From Botryllus schlosseri (Eukaryota): 64,000 nucleotides of DNA. Both the position numbers and the translations under genes were made by a program. How positions within the stretch are numbered: the first letter of the stretch is position 1; every line of letters begins with the position of its first letter. The notes beneath the pieces were generated by a model. That model had not been told where the DNA came from. It searched no databases and worked only from the letters and a program-made list of their open reading frames with translations. This document shows, piece by piece, positions 39,091 to 53,136 of the stretch. Location: assembly GCA_051294905.1 (NCBI GenBank), contig CM119372.1, forward strand, positions 34,164,001 to 34,228,000, given 5' to 3'.

Positions 39091-40985
39091 TATTCAACTA
39101 CCGCTGTTCATGAATGTATAATTTTTGAATTTTTTGCACCCAAGATGTGCGATTTTTTAGAAATATACATACATTCATTTTTATGTTCTTTAAGTTTGAA
39201 ACATGACAGCATTTCGCTGTCAGCTCCTGGAGAGCTTGCAGATTTGGTACTTTCCCATTTCTCCGACGGCCTGATGACACTGCCGAAAATTACATGTTTT
39301 GCCGGTACGCAGCACATAACGCAATGCGGAAATATTTTTCCGCAAAAAGTCAAACAGCTACGCGATAACCGATTAAAAAAAGTCAAACACCACACCCCAA
39401 TCCCCTAGTCTGCAAGTTGACTGAAGGCATTGCAGCAAAACTCAGTAATGGCGACTCTAACAAAATCGATAGTTTGAAAAGATGACCCAGTGAAATGTAA
39501 TTATTTTGGTCAAGCCTACTCATGCGTCAAAAGGGGGAAGTATATCAAATTTAAACGACGATGAATCAATCAAGCAATCTATTTATAGATAGTTGAGGCA
39601 CTGCCGTGTTTGGCTGTGGTTTTATAACTTCTAGCTTGCGAGCCATTGCGACATATGACATTACATGCAGCTAATCCATCACAGCTCTTTGTTGAGCAAA
39701 TGAAAGTGGGAACCGTACTAGAATTAGCCTTATAGTATATGTTTTTGAAATCACGCCTTCACGTTTAGCGCATCATTCGATAAAAGTTGCAGTAAAAAGT
39801 CGTATGAAAAAATAGAAAAAGTTGCAAAAAGTTGCAATATAAAGCCTCTTCAAACAAAATATTTACAGGGCCTGGTGCTAGTCAGGATTTCACACATCCA
39901 ATTTGTAGGATCAATCCAACTGAGCTTATTTTATCCTTACATCACACCGTTAATTCCAGATCTAATTGCTCTTGACCTTGCTCTGATATCATTGTGAATC
40001 ACGACATTTAAAGCTTTATTGGGAAACAGCTCAATGATTTTTGCGGCGAAATGCTGCACAACGCTCGCGTGATTGAAAAGTTATACAGGGACGCAATCGT
40101 CGAGTTACCTTATTTACATTAGGCTGTGTACTGCAGTAGACGAAGCTGACCAAGCTATGACTGATGGATGGAATCGCACCGAGAAACTATTACCTCAAAA
40201 TATATATATAGTCATCGACATGGAGGTAGGTCTGCTGCTGCAAATGGCTAACTGAGCCTATAGCTCGTGTATCGATGCAAGAGTCTACAGGACGCGATGG
40301 ATATTAATTTTCTCCCACAGGTCCCTAAAAATGTCTTATACTTAGCCAGGCATGACAAGTTTTACATACCTAATCCAATTCCTGTTGCGTAGTCGGATAC
40401 TACTAATATAACGGGGATTACCATACCCAGTCAGATAGGTTTTCCCAAGCCTATAATTGCAATTTGATTGCACGTGTCAAGACCAAGGAACTGACCGACT
40501 TTATCCCGACGGCGTCTAGATGCGCATAACTTCCAGACGGCTGGAATAGAAAGCTCATATATAAGAATTTTATATCTCAATTTCAAATCGCGAGAAATTG
40601 TCAATTATTATAAAAGTACAAGTTTTAATTTGATTCAGAAGTTTGTAAGGAATTTTCTGCATGCCCTAATAGAGAGTTAATGGTCTATGTCACAATGGTG
40701 AAGGTGTTGTCCGAAAATACCTGAAAGTAGCCTACAGCTTCGGACAAGTTAAGGAGAATTTTTAGCAAACTTCGTTAAATTCAGACTGCGCAATTAAGCG
40801 ACACTATTACAATAAAATCAGGGGTAGGCAGACCTGCTTTATGCGTGAGCTTCATATCATAAATTTTAGTTGTAAATAAACCATGACACAAAAATTCGAA
40901 AATACGAATTTATCCGTCGAAATGGAATGTAGGCTGCCGAATGAAGTTTACTATAGTCTGGTGATACGGTGCGTCTCCATCTAGG

Positions 40986-43619
40986 CAGACTTGGACAACC
41001 AGAAAAATTTCAGCTTTCAAAATTAGATTAGAATTTAAATTAGAGCTACATAGATTAGAATCAGAATTATTGAATTCGCAAAATCTTGGAAACTGAATGA
41101 AATTGTGAATGAGAAATAAATAAATACAGCAAACATCAAGCTCTCGGCTCATATCAAATGACAGCACATTCCCACAAACATGAGAATGGTTAACGTCTCT
41201 ACACAAAGCTTGGCTTGTATTGCACAATACCAGGCGTCACAAACACGCGGCTCGGGAGGTCATATTTCGCGGTCACGATCTGAATAGTGGCCCAGACACT
41301 ACCATGACCAGGACGCATAAAAAACAGCTTAGGGCTTCCCCACGAGATCTATCTTTAAGATGAGATATTCTTTCAGCTAGTAACATGTCTGACTAGCCGT
41401 AATATCGATTCGTTAGTCGCTGAAAAGCGTTGTCAGGTATCATGCGCAGCTCATAGTTCAAAATAAAATGAAGTTGATGATCATGATATTTCTTATTACA
41501 TTTGTAATTCTTTAATAAAACATTACTTCTTTTGTGGTAACTATACCCATCACCCATGTTAGTGAGCGCGGTGTTGTAATAAGGTCAAGTTTTAAAAACG
41601 TGGTACTAAACTGTGTGGCCTATTTTGTCTCGATATTGCATTCCTGCGGCCTGTGGCCTCTACGAAATTTGAAAAGTGGCCCGCGACCCTTTTTGAGTTG
41701 GCGTCCGCGTACGAGTTTTCGAAAATCAGTTTTGAGATGAGAAAATCGATTCTCTCTTTTTCAGCAACTTAAAACATCACAGTCCATGCTATCACGCTCT
41801 GCAGCGAAATATCATTCCACGTCCTCATCTAATTTATTTCCTTTGGTTAGATTTGAAGCAATCATCATATTCTTTTTCGTGATGTACTTAAGGGTATGAA
41901 AGTGAACAAGCCTGTATTAACTATCTCCTTTTCTGTGCTGCTGTTCTGCTGGTGATTGAGACTATAAGGTTGTATGGCTTTATTATTCATCACAATACCT
42001 GCTATTACACTGTACAGCAGTGGTTCCCAACCTTTTTGTCTTCATTCGCCACTTCAGGTTTATTCCGAGCCGTCATTCCCCACCAGGACCGTAAACGCGC
42101 GAAGCGCGAAAAATTTATATAATTCATGTTTGAATCGGTCAGTATGATCGGGAATTTCATATATTTTGCTATTAACTTTTATCCCCTTACCGGCAGAGCT
42201 GAATGAGGTGTGTTGGAAAAGGTAGGACCCCTAAATATGAATTAAAAATCTTCGGGCAGACCCGTTGATATATTGACTTCGTTACATGATGCTATTTCTT
42301 GACCTCCTATCATCTGCTATGTCGAAAGATATGGAAATCGCCAAAACTAAAAGGCCCACACGATTTCAAATTGGTATTGCTTTACTGTCAAATATTTTTT
42401 CCCTGCGGGATGGCATTTGTCCTGTGGGGTTCAGATCGCCCGGACATGAAAATTAGGCGCCAGCCATTTAGCCGCCTCTGGACTATTAAACATGTATGTA
42501 TTGTATATTGTATATATATTGAAGTTTTCGGTCACCACAAGGGCATTCCTTCTTGGCCAAGGTCTTCTCGCTGCTGATTGTTCTGGCACACTTCTCGGAG
42601 TCGCATGTTACATGGCCTATAATTTCATATGACTTGGTGCGTCGTGGCGCAGTAATAGCCGACGCCGAAATCTCCATTTCTATAAATTCTACGTATTTTC
42701 GTTGGAGAAGGGTACCCAATAATCAAAATATTAGGCAATAGTAAATCGCGCGCCACAGGTAAAAAATAATTTGAATAAGTGACACAAATTTCCATAAAAA
42801 TACTCTATAATTTATGTTACTTCACGAAATCATTTTGGGCCCCTTCGAGCTCACACCCCCAATTGGGGGGTTTGGGGTGCGGCAGTTACGGTCCTGTTCC
42901 CTACTACCCAACACTTTTGTCATCACAGAGCAGCTATTTGCTGGTTTGACTACACAAGACACACAACCACACCAGTACGCCAAGACAATCGCGTATAACT
43001 GCAACGTAAAACGTATTGTTAACCGATACAAGTAACGCTCAAAATTTCGAGAAAGCGTTCTTTCACGTCAAACTAGTCGTGCTGGATGTTTTTGTAACGC
43101 CATGATTGGAAATCCAGAGTTAAAAATGAGGTTTTGTGAGCACCGCGCGATATAATTTTAGAAACATACATTCCAGGGCAGTTAACTGGTAACGATAATT
43201 GCATATGGATCTCCGTGAATATGTAGACTGTCATGGAGATAATTTTAAACAACCTCGTCTATTCCCCACCAGAAACCATTGAGTTCCCCACCAGTGGGGA
43301 ATTCCCCACCGTTTGGGAACCACTGCTGTACAGTGTAACGCACTGGCGGCTTATTGGCACTGGATTTTCTAGCGCGAGATTGCAAAATGCCACGGATAAG
43401 GAAGCATTTTCCGGAAAACGATAAATTAGAGTATATATATATTTAACAAATTAGATTATAATAAGAATTAGAGCAAACATGAACATTTCACAAATTAAAG
43501 TATAATTAGAATTGGAGCAAAGTAACATTTCAAAAATTAGACTAGAATTAGATTACTGGCATTTTGCTCTAACTTAATGAAATCATAGGCAGCTCTAATT
43601 ATCTAGTTCTCCAAGTCTG
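40986..43619. mobile_element. Second (TTAGAA)n-family MITE (inverted relative to 7914), expanded by nested hATs
   Basis: TIRs CAGACTTGGA / TCCAAGTCTG; TSD CATCTAGG/CACCTTGG (6/8); empty site CATCTGGG at ~6895. Confidence 0.8.
42018..43325. mobile_element. Non-autonomous hAT element sharing an inverted internal module with family C
   Basis: TIRs CAGTGGTTCCCAA / TTGGGAACCACTG; perfect TSD CTGTACAG. Confidence 0.9.
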
Positions 43620-45356
43620 CACCTTGGCTGCAAGGTGTTTGAAATCAGGCTGATATGATGTCAAATCAGTGCGGAGCAGTTCCTTCAAGTGCTGATGAGC
43701 ATTTAAGGAATATTTCAGCATGGTAATCTTATTACTCTGTAAGTCTGTATTTGTTCGGTAACTCGTGGTAAAGTTTTGGTGTTTGGTTTCGTAATGACGT
43801 TTAAACTAACTTTATAGCTTTGTAATTATTGAGCGCACTCGGCAGATAGTTTCCCTTCTCTGAGCTATAACAATCGTCAGAGTCGCTTTTCTTTCAAAGG
43901 ATACATGACATTCACAATCACGGTTGTGCTCTTTAGCATAGGGATACCATATGTCCTTAACCGGACTTTGCAAGCTTCGCCTAGCAAAAACGTCAATATA
44001 ACGACGATTAAATATATAATATCAAAAAGGCAGCTTTAAATGAAGTTTGCAATATTACTTTTGGTTGCGTGCATTTAGGGTTCGAGGCCCTAGGGTACGC
44101 GTCACACGTTTGGGTTTTGGGGTTTGGGAAACCCTGCTCAACACCTTTAAAGTACACAATAAAAATAAGAGGGCGCCCGAACAAGAATAGTCTTGAAATG
44201 GCGGGCTGCAAGGAAAATACTATAAGAAATGCTGATGTGAATCATGTTTCTGTTCTGCTTTGCAAATCAATAGTTCGACTGGTACTCAATTCTAGTTCTA
44301 CCATCAATTGCCCTGTATTGCCAATCGCAGATGTGAATTCGGGATGATTCGAACCACAGGGTATGGGACCGTACCGATTGTTGTTATAACAACCTTGATT
44401 TGAACCTGAATACGCTACATACGATAAAAATATGGTTTATTGTAGTCGAGTATAGGATGAGCTCGAAGGGTGCCCTAAGTTATTTCGATGAACGAACATA
44501 AATTACACATCATGTTTTGACGACTCCTCCACTAAAAATAGGCATAAGCTATTATACAAAATAGAAATAGACATTTTGGCATTGGCCATTACCACGCCAC
44601 GATGCACGAAGACATATGAAGTTCCGGCCAATTTGAGACTCCGAGAAGTGTGCCAAAAGATCGTCAGCGAGAAAACCTTAGTCGAAGAGGATTGCCCTTA
44701 TGTTGACCGTAAACTTCGATGTATATAAGTCTAATCTTTCATAGGTGCTTAAATCACCCGTGCCGAATTATCATGTCGTCGCAATCTGCACCCCTCAGGA
44801 CAAATAACATCCGTCAGAGAAAAAATATTTGCCAGTGAAGAAATAATAATTTTGAATCGTGTGCTTACTTAAGTTTAATACGTTTCAATATCTTTCGACT
44901 ATATAGCGGACAAGAGGTAACAAAATAACAACATGTAACGAAGTAATTATACCAACGAGCACGCCCGAATATGTATAATTATTAATTACGTGGCCTTCAT
45001 TTTCCAAGACAACAGCTCACTCGGCGCTGCTGGTAAATCTGATTACGTGGGCTGAGAGGATAAAAAGTTTTAGCGACATATATATGCAATTACCACCCAT
45101 TCTTTCATGCATTATAGAAAATTTTGACGCATAGGGCGACAGGGCCACACAAACTTTACTGACCATCAAAATCACGTTTGGTTTATCACGCTAGGGGTGT
45201 GCAAGACAATAATTTTTAGGGGGACTGATGAAGTACTGTTACGACCCTCCCTCTTACCCATTGTCTTTATTACAGTCCCAACAATATGGGGGGGGGCGCT
45301 AGAGTCCGATAATTTTTGAAAGGGGGCGCTGGAGGAAAAAAAGGTTAAGAACCACG

Positions 45357-45815
45357 GATCTACGCACCCCACTATAAGTTTATTCGGAACCGTTGTGTCA
45401 TATACTGCTGGAGGAAATTGGCATTTTCGTGCGGCCTTTTTGACTGTATGTACCCACGATGCAAATGATTCGCCCTCCTTGCGTTGTAAGAAATGGAAGA
45501 AATGAAGTTGTGCTTCAAACCTGCCATCACGAATCTTGAAACTTTCATCAAACGTCTTCAAGACGGTATCAAGGTCATTTGGGTCTGCTGCTTCAACTGC
45601 TTCCACGCCGTCTGATGCTGCGAATCCTTCAGTAAACACGAGTTCGTCGAATACCTCCTCTCCTTCGCCTATTATATTCAGTAATAGTCCAACTTTCTGG
45701 ACTCCAGTAGATTCAGCATGACCTGCCGCGAATCACGAATTTCTTTTTCCATTCCAGCCAAGCTTCTGCCTCATTCCCGGCGCTTATTACTGTCAAACAT
45801 TCCGGATATCTGGCA
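45357..45815 (-). mobile_element. Gypsy LTR-retrotransposon gag remnant
   Basis: NEAEAWLEWKKKF...QKVGLLLNIIGEGEEVF...FFHFLQRKEGESFASWVHTVKKAARKCQF...KLIVGC, typical Gypsy gag pattern; frameshifted; cut by a hAT end at ~45358. Confidence 0.75.
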
Positions 45816-45989
45816 ATGGCCGACACAAGCTGGTTGATCCGTGGACATGTGAGCACTGAGCATGCGACATTATAGCATGCGACACTTCGGCATGCGATAA
45901 TTTGGCATGCGACACATGAGCATGTGGGTTAAATAACGGGTTAGGGGTAGGTTAGGGTTGTATATATGGATTGGTTAGGGTTAGGGTTA

Positions 45990-47400
45990 GAGAGAGACAG
46001 AGAGTCTTTATTTTCAACCAACCAAAATACATAACACATGGCGGTGGTGGTGGTACAGAAAATATGCATGCACAGTATTCGGTATTAGATAGGAATGATC
46101 GATAAGACCGTGAAGTTCATCTAGTCTGAACAGGTACGCTTGACTCTAAACAGTCTGGCTGTAAAAAATGTTACGATAGTTAAAAAAAATAGAAGAAAAA
46201 TTAAACGATGGTAGGAAATGATCAATGAAGCAATGTCTGGGCGAGATAGGGCAACAGTGTTAGTGTAACGACAAGAGGTGATCAAGTATTAGGGCTTTTT
46301 TGAATCTATTATAAGGCGATTCACGGATATGTGGTAGTAATGCATTCCAGATGATAGGCCCCGAGTAGTCGATAGATCTCCTTGTAAGGTTGCTATTGGG
46401 TGGGGGTTAGTAGATATTTCCTTTAGACAAGGATCTCGGGTAATAGGAGTGGACATTTTTAGCAGGCATGAAAAAGTCATCAAACACAGGAGGCAAACTA
46501 TTGGAAAAATATTTGTGAATGACTTTTGATACTTCGAAGCGATCTAGTTCGTCAACTTGCAAAATTCGGTGCTTACGGTAGTAAGGCGATAGTTTGGTAC
46601 GTGAAGGTACAGATGAGATCAGCCGTATCGCACGGTTTTGCAGGGTTCGAGTTCTGCACAAAAATGTTGTGCATGCATTCCCCCATACTACGATTCCATA
46701 TTGCAGGTGAGAGTGGAAAAGAGAGAAATGATGGTTGGTAGTATCGATCTGGAAACAAAAGATTGCAGACGGGTCATTATTCCCACACACCGAGCTAGTT
46801 GTGATATTGTGCATTCAATATGCTGCTTCCAAGACATTTTGGCATCAATGGTGACGCCGAGACATTTTGCAGAGTCACATATGGAGATTTGTTTATGATT
46901 GATGTTCACAGTGAAACTATTATGATTGGCATTATTTGAAAGGAGCATCTCGTTCTTATCTGCATTCAAACTTAGTTTGTTTGCTTGCAGTCATCTCGAC
47001 ACTTTCGGGAGTTCCCTATTCACGGATGCATGCAAATCATCGACAGTGTTGGAGGTTATGAAGAGGTGAGTATCATCAGCAAATAGGGTTGTGCGGAATA
47101 AAGATGCATTAACAATGTCGTTAATATAAACGAGGAAAAAAGTCGGTCCAAGGACTGAGCCTTGTGGCACTCCACAAGTTATATCTCTGGTAGTCGTTCT
47201 TAATGTCCCCAGTTTAACGAATTGTTTGCGGTTTGCCAGGTAACTTCCAAGTAGAGTTGCTGCAATACCCCTGATTCCATAGTGTTCTAGCTTGTATCTT
47301 AAGATTCTGTGGTTAACTGTATCGAAAGCTTTGCGGAGGTCTATAAAAATGCTGCAGCCACTTTTATTTTGCTTGATGGTTTTGTAATAGTAGCACCAGC
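45990..47400 (-). mobile_element. 5'-truncated CR1/L2-group LINE (RT + C-terminus + 3' UTR)
   Basis: IFIDLRKAFDTVNH, GVPQGSVLGP, LFADDT, KCLGVTID, LQYGIVVWG, LQNRAIR over three frames; AATAAA plus (TC)n tail at ~45990-46012. Confidence 0.93.
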
Positions 47401-48479
47401 TACTATCCATCATGCGAATGATGTGTTCCTTTCCATCACCCCTACCAGTAAGCTTGGAATAATGCGCAAACATATAGTGATCTTCAAACAGGATGGGCCA
47501 CTTATAGTCCTGATTGCGGATACGCCCATTGATTATATTGATCGCTGCCACTTTACCACTGTTTCCAGTCTGATAATTCGTAACCTCAATCTTCCTCGCT
47601 AATCACTCGGGATATCGAACAAAAGGACTATCGCCGGCTTCCCGCCTGGATAGCCCCTGTTAATATTAAATATAAAAATGACGATAAGCCTTAAAATCGA
47701 TGCACCACAATACATTCTTTTGTCAAGCCTACTTGGTATTGGAACGGCTGGTCTACTGAAATTATCTCAACATGAACCAATTGATTGTTGCGATATTGAA
47801 GTCTATTAAATGCCCTTTTTCAATATACTGATTGTCAGCAGTCTCTGACACGCCGTGCTAAAATCGTACTGGCCAAATCGTAGTACTCTACGCTTTTGTG
47901 TAACCCTACTGTTTATGGAATTACAATTTTATCAAATTCTTTCTTCATCGGCCACAAGAAATGCCCAACAATACGTGTGACAAATAAAGTAATTTACGGA
48001 TAGATTCGGGGAATCGAGTTACGATCTCATGTCCGTAATTAAATACGCCGTTGATAACAGTACCTTACGGTTACGTGTGTAAATTCGTTTACTGCTCGAA
48101 AAGGTGTCTATTTACGGATTTTTCTAACAGTGAAGCTCCAATCTACTCTGGTATCTCACCGCATCATATTCATATATTGGGGGATGCCTTCTCCTTGCCC
48201 ATCGCTGACTATGCCAAGGTTTTCCGGGAAATTATTTAGATATTTTAGCTTTTAGAATGTGCGCTGTCCGACATAAACATACGGCAGTGGCACATGTGTA
48301 TCAGGGTTACATGTGCATTCTTATTGTCTGACCACTAAGAAGCACACTATTTCAAAGGCGATACATTTGATCCAATCCCAATCGTGCCTGTGATACTGCA
48401 ATGATTCAATGCTTCTGTCTTATTCTCAATGTTTCTGTATTATTCACGAAGACTAACTGAGTGTGCAATTCTTACTGCA

Positions 48480-50180
48480 CCTAAGACGTTGCCATATAGG
48501 AGAATGTCAAACTTTGGGATCCTTTTTGAGTTACCAATAGACATCTTTCATTCACGCGAGTTGTAAATCGGGATACCTATGTCCTCCAGCAATTCATGAT
48601 AACAGCATCATGCCAATGCCAGTATCACGGCAATTTACAAATCTACCGAAAGTAGCCCTACGATGAAAACGCCGTTTCTCATGATCTATTGCAGGGGTCA
48701 CCAACGCGGTGTCCGCGGGCCCCAGATAGCCCGCGAGGACCAGATGAGTAGCCCGCGTGACTGTTTTAAAAATAGTTCGAATAGCATCATTTACCAATAT
48801 ATATATATAATATAATATATATATTGTCATTTGTAAGTTACCGCATGTTCGTGTGATTAAAAAAAGAATAGCTAAATACATCAGCTTACTCGTAATAATC
48901 TGACGGATATTGGTAAATGATGCTATTCGAACTATTTTTAAAACAGTCACGCGGGCTACATATAAAATGATGGTGTCAAATATCCTCAATCACAATTTGT
49001 GATATTCTAATACACCAATACCAACATTTAATAGAATCACAAGATATCGAAGACGTAGGATACGGCGCACTGCCTATACAGGCGACATGATAGAATGCCA
49101 TCCACGGTCTTCTTGAAATGGCGGGAGGTTCCGTTAAGGTAGGCCTATAGCTCGACGTCAAGGACAATGCCAAAGTAGTAAACAACATTACTGTTCGGAA
49201 GCAGATAGCCGTAAAGTACTAGCAGATTTTAAATATCTGTATGCCCAATACATATTATAGGGTTACCATATTTTGGAAATCTGAAAATAGGACACTTGCA
49301 ATACCGGAGGAAAATCCTGAAAAAATGGTAAATTTTCCCACTTTGTGGTGGGTTGACTAAAAAAATGTCAGCTTTGCGGCTCAGCTCCCGAAATAGCCGC
49401 CGGAGCGTTACTTGCTGATTTACTGTTTCTCAGTCGCATTTTGCCCTATATGTAACCAGAATTATCAAAAAAGCGGACAAAATCTCAAAAAAGAGGACAT
49501 TTGGGCGTCCTGCGAGGACACTTTCAAAAAGGTCAAAAAAGAGGACAAATCCTCTTAAGAGAGGAAGTATTGTAACTCTAACATATTGCATCTGTTGACA
49601 CAGCTTGTTTCTCTTACACTCAACGCAGTTTAGTACCATGTTTCTAACTTTCTGTAATCGTTGCTGATGTCATGTACATTGAAATCTGTCATGTCTAGAT
49701 CCTTAAAGAGACTGAAATTAAAACACTGCAAAATGACGTCTGCCTCAAAGGTTTTGGTGCCTTGTTGATACGGGAAAGTACACTGGTGTAGTCGCAGTAG
49801 CTATGAAGGTTGCAAGCGTGTTTGGGTAAACTTATGTAAATAGTAGTGCGTCGCTTCATCAGTACCCAAGAATTAACTCTAGGTTGTGAAAAGGTTGGTG
49901 ACCCCTGATCTATATTGAGACATCTTTACTTACTTGCCATGTAATCTTTTCTCAATTCGCAAGGATGCTAAAAGTTCCGAATATTTCTCTTCCATGTCGC
50001 GAAGCCCACGCCAGATCATTTACCTTGTGTTGATGGACTACTCTACGTTCTGAATCATCTTCGATTTCAAAATCTTCATCATTAGGCCTGCCATTCCTAA
50101 GATTTTCATCTTGATCCAAATTATCGAGCTTGTGGGAGTTTCAAGTTACACTGGATAAGCTGAATGGGGCATTGGGGCTA
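48480..50180 (-). pseudogene. Possible GPCR-like remnant (acidic N-terminus, TM1-TM2), split by hAT 48692-49907
   Basis: DQDENLRNGRPNDEDFEIEDD, IFGTFSILAN, then after removing the hAT: RRFHRRATFGRFVN..DTGIGMMLLS. Heavily decayed. Confidence 0.35.
48692..49907. mobile_element. Non-autonomous hAT element with nested TAGGG MITE (49258-49580)
   Basis: TIRs CAGGGGTCACCAAC / GTTGGTGACCCCTG; TSD ATCTATTG/ATCTATAT (6/8); nested MITE TSD ACATATTA/ACATATTG. Confidence 0.85.
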
Positions 50181-50738
50181 TAGATGATAGTAAATATAAT
50201 GTTTATTTTTCTTGTCATATCCTGCAGTTCGCATCAAATATGTGTATGAAATATCCTCGAATGATTGATCAGTACCAGTACCTTTTTACCTAATAATTCA
50301 ACTGATCCATTGGCTATATAACTTATTATATGATGAAAGTGTGGATTTCTGTATGGTATGGAAAAGTACTATGGCTAAGTTCGTGAAAATTTGCATATTT
50401 TGGGCATATGTCGCAAAGCAAAAACCAGCGGCATTTTTGAAATCAGCAATACCGAAATTAGCCCAAATCAAGTGCTAAATCAAAGTCAACAAATTTTTCG
50501 TTCAAAATTGTTGCCCAGCGTTATTATTATCAAAACAGTACCAATTTCCAATCGAGCATATCAAGAAACCAGAATGAGTCATCAATAAACAAAACAGAGA
50601 CGGTACGATGAGAGAGCTAAGTAGCTAAATTAATATGTAGCAATACCATATCAGTAGTAATTGCTTTCATAATAGAAGATGTTGTGAGCTGCAAAATAAG
50701 GGTCTGCGGGCCGCGTGTTACAAAACCATGGAGTAGAG

Positions 50739-52014
50739 CAGGGGTCACCAACACGCAGCCCGCGGGCCGCATGCGGCCCGCCAAGTCTTATTCTGCGGCC
50801 CGCGATCTGATTTGAGATTTCGGAAGAAAGCTAAGAAATCCAATTTGAAATGCTGAAATTGACTACAGTGTCAACATATTGCTGTTGTTGTTCTCTTGTG
50901 CCTAATATTACTATTCAATACTAGCCAGTCTTCAGGATTACCGGACTACGACCTAACATCGACCTCGCCCCATGCCACCTAATTTTGTCGCTTGCCTCTT
51001 ATATTCTCTGCATTACTTTTCATTCAGTGTGCATGTGCATGCCTCTTATTTACTTCGCCTAGGCTAAGGTGGGTGTCTGATCTTAATGGCTACTCCAAGT
51101 TGTTTCGACACCTTCCTATCTTTTCATTGTATCGCAGTCTTGTGATGTTTTGAAACGATGAAAATATTAATAAACCTGATTGATTGATTGATCGTCACTA
51201 ACTAAAACGGCTGTGGTGATCGCTACAACATTCCATCGAGGGAGAATCAGCTGATATGAATGGGCAATGGGCATATTGTCTTGATTTGCAATGGCCCAAA
51301 CACTGCCAAGACCGAGACGCTTAGAAAACGGCTTAAGGCAGTGGTTACCAAACTGGGGAGCTCGCGCTCCTTGTGGGGGCTCGAAAGCATCTGATGGGGA
51401 GGCTGGGATGCACTCAACTGAAATTTTTTTCGCTCTCTCCGCGCGAATTACCTTTAATTCATAGTTAATGCTCTGTGTATAGTCCAAATTTCGTATTTCA
51501 GAACTCTGTCATCAACAGTCATAACCTTCCATGCCATCAAACTAGCCGCTGGGATTGCTAGCATTCTGGTTGCATTTCGTGATATGACGATTTTTCAGTA
51601 TCATAAAGGGGTACGTGTCTAAAAAAGTTTGAGAACCACTGGCTTAGGGCTTCCCTTCCCCACAAGATCAAGCTTTACGTCGAGATGGTCTTTCAGCTAG
51701 TCACGTATCTCGCTAGTCCCAATATCGATTCCTTAGTCGCTGAAAATCGTTTCCAGGTATCGTGCACAGCTCACAGTTCAAAATAAAATAATATTGATGA
51801 TATTGATTTTTGTTGTATTTGTATTCCTTTAATAAAATATTATTTCTTCTGTGGTCAATATGCCCATCGCCTATGTTAGGTAGCTCACCGTTGTACTGGC
51901 GTAGAGTTTTAGAACGTTGTTGCCTATTTTTCATCGATATCGAATTCATGCGGCTCGCGGCCTCTACGAAATTTGAAAAGTGGCCCGCGACCCGTTTTGA
52001 GTTGGCGACCCCTG
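50739..52014. mobile_element. Non-autonomous hAT element with nested MITE (51339-51641)
   Basis: TIRs CAGGGGTCACCAAC / GTTGGCGACCCCTG; perfect TSD GAGTAGAG; nested MITE TSD GCTTAAGG/GCTTAGGG; partial relative without the MITE at ~41231-41705. Confidence 0.9.
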
Positions 52015-52040
52015 GAGTAGAGGATCAAGTCCTATAGTCG

Positions 52041-52414
52041 TAGTGTTGTGACTGGTTCAACCTGGGTCAACCCACTTTTTCAACTCTGTTCGAGTGATAT
52101 AGAATGACTCGCATCCATAATATAGTAATTTTTCTTCGGTCCTAAGAGTTTCTTGCCCTATTTTCCAAGTATCAGAATAGACGAAATACCAATAATGTGG
52201 TGACTTGACTATTCTTCGAATTTACAATGAAATGTTTGTCTTGGCCGTCCTAGTCCCGAGTCATATACTTGGATCGAGTCATGCACAATGACTCGAGTAC
52301 AAGTCAAGTCAATACACCAATTGACTCGAGTCGCGTCATTTTACGCATTTGCAAAAAATGACCCGAATCAGGTTGAGTCATCAGAAAATCATGACTCGAG
52401 TCATTACAGCCCTG
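52041..52414. mobile_element. GACTCGAGTC-rich MITE, second copy
   Basis: Ends GACTCGAGTCATTACAGCCCTG, near reverse complement of the start of 35757; left end degenerate. Confidence 0.7.
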
Positions 52415-52419
52415 AAGAC

Positions 52420-53050
52420 AGCAATACTTGGGCTGGCTTCCCGAGCGCAGAAGTCTATAAAGCGTAGTATACTGTAATCAATCTCGGAGTCGTTCAGAAC
52501 GATTCTTTCGTTTAACGCAGTGATGTCATTAGCGCCGAGCAGGCTATAGCAAGTAGCTGAAGAACCAACATGCGTCAAGATTTTTGGGTCATACGGGTGC
52601 ATCAAATATTCAACGGCAGTGTTGTATAAAGCGCTATGACGCCGCGGTCAGCATAGCACACAAAATTATGGTGCATCAAATAGTTTTGTGACGTTTACGA
52701 CATGTCAATTCGACATCAGGCCATTAATTGTTCACGCAGCTGAATGTCGTGAGCACTTTAAAACTGCAATGTGTAGAACAACCGTCCTCTCCCGGAGACA
52801 AAGATTCGAGTTGGCTTCTCGAATGCGAATCGAATAACTGGGTTGAGTTGTGAGAGTCGATATTTTCGAGTCTGGAAAGCTCGATAACCTTATCGTAACT
52901 TTTAAAACATCTAAGAAAAAGCTCACGTCGATGCAAACGAGAATTCCGTGTAATGATTGATCTCAATTTAACACAGACCCCTATGGCATAAGTAGAATTG
53001 GAAGCAATTTTTGAGTCCTGATTGTAACTGTCATTACACACTATACATAT
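52420..53050 (-). pseudogene. Possible GPCR-like remnant (TM5-TM7)
   Basis: NSTYAIGVCVKLRSII, KTI-CTIILCAMLTAA, DYSILRFIDFCA (compare ISYTLLRATECANP at 55775); many stops. Confidence 0.3.
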
Positions 53051-53136
53051 TCTCTATAAAAATGTACACATTTTGAACTCTTCAAGAGCGCCTTACTCAT
53101 ATATATGACATCAAGGAATGCTCGAATTCTCTACCC

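Larger units (their letters stand above)
37220..44300 (+). repeat. Direct segmental duplication, copy 2 (paralogue of ~1005-11640)
   Basis: Colinear blocks as listed for copy 1; reciprocal filled/empty TE sites. Confidence 0.9.

Noticed and set aside
45937..45990. (TTAGGG)-like repeats as telomere
   Set aside because: Few degenerate units, internal, adjoining GCATGCGACA repeats of a truncated element and a LINE tail.
47400..47600. BEL/Pao-like peptide upstream of the LINE RT in ORF 46991-47551
   Set aside because: Only vague similarity; probably chance read-through from flanking DNA into the 5'-truncated LINE.
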